Notes under the pieces: generated by a model | Databases searched by the model: none | Told to the model about the DNA's origin: nothing | Seen by the model: the letters and a program-made list of their open reading frames with translations, nothing else | Shown here: piece after piece, positions 63,468-64,000 of the stretch | How the letters are laid out: each line of letters starts with the position of its first letter | Numbering within the stretch: the stretch's first letter is position 1 | Source: Octopus sinensis | Lineage: Eukaryota | Assembly: GCF_006345805.1 (NCBI RefSeq) | Contig: NC_043024.1 | Coordinates: forward strand, 17,236,001-17,300,000 | Reading direction: 5' to 3' | DNA length: 64,000 nucleotides | Translations under genes and position numbers: made by a program

Positions 63468-63720
63468 TCTGTTTCTGATGAAGGATTTATGTCCGAAATG
63501 TTAAAGATTTGTCTACTTTCCTGTAGACTAACTTTTAATTTGCACTCTCTCTCTCTCACATACACTCATACATGGATACATACATACATACTTATAGTGA
63601 TTTTCATGTCTGAAGGAAAATTGGTAGAATGAAAGAGGGAATAATTAATGAAGATATTTTAGAAATAATTAAATTACACACCCAACTTGGTCTTTTGTTT
63701 TTTTGTAAATTCTCGCTATA
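63468..63720 (+). mobile_element. Degenerate hammerhead-like motif plus PLE-type tail
   Basis: CTGATGA-A-GGA(TTTATG)TCC-GAAA; tail GTCTTTTG-TTTTTTGTAAATT shared with 56160-56190. Confidence 0.5.
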
Positions 63721-63762
63721 TGTGTGTGTGTGTGTGTGTGAGTATATATTCTCTTTTTTTAC

Positions 63763-64000
63763 TCTTTTTTTTCTTTTTACTTGTTACAGTCATTTGACTG
63801 TGGCCATGCTGGAGCACCGCCTTTAATCGAGCAACTCAACCCCGGGACTTATTCTTTGTAAGCCCAGTACTTATTCTATCGGTCTCTTTTGCTGAACCGC
63901 TAAGTGGCAGGGACATAAACACACCAGCATTGCTAGGGGGACAAACACAGACACACAAACATACATGCACACATATATATATATACATATATACGACCGG
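63763..64000 (-). mobile_element. SINE-A, cut by the window edge
   Basis: Family 3' half. Confidence 0.9.

Noticed and set aside
215-63826. Most ORFs in the supplied track ([12 protein letters not shown], poly-L/S/I/N)
   Set aside because: Translations of di- and trinucleotide repeats or SINE bodies; no domain content.
11794-64000. tRNA genes
   Set aside because: Box A/B motifs are all SINE heads; no cloverleaf with a complete acceptor stem seen.

Overview
AT-rich eukaryotic DNA packed with repeats. The repeat families (tRNA-headed SINEs with Meta/V/Ceph-like domains, (TA)n/(CA)n/(CAT)n seas) point to a coleoid cephalopod, probably Octopus; this is my inference and was not database-checked. 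I find no confidently identifiable host protein-coding gene, rRNA, true tRNA or CRISPR array. Almost all ORFs in the supplied track are microsatellite translations (YI, CV, HT runs). The recognisable coding sequence is all transposon fossil: a Tc1/mariner transposase (12.3-13.3 kb), two Penelope-like (PLE) reverse-transcriptase remnants (18.7-19.1 kb; 49.7-52.0 kb) and four R4/Dong-like LINE fragments (58.9-62.3 kb). SINE-A/M/B/V/C and repeat-D are my window-local labels, and SINE boundaries are approximate (about +/-10 nt). Most interesting signals: (1) type-I hammerhead ribozyme folds, one fully canonical at 56601-56641 (paired with its own antisense arm) and one at 35320-35365 inside a ~300-bp (TA)n-embedded retrozyme-like element; (2) a hAT MITE with a perfect 8-bp TSD carrying a PLE RT fragment; (3) a perfect 149-bp-arm palindrome; (4) repeated kilobase-scale nested fold-backs made of inverted SINE pairs; (5) three near-identical microsatellite-bounded tandem duplications that may be assembly artefacts; (6) a few unproven minus-strand exon candidates.
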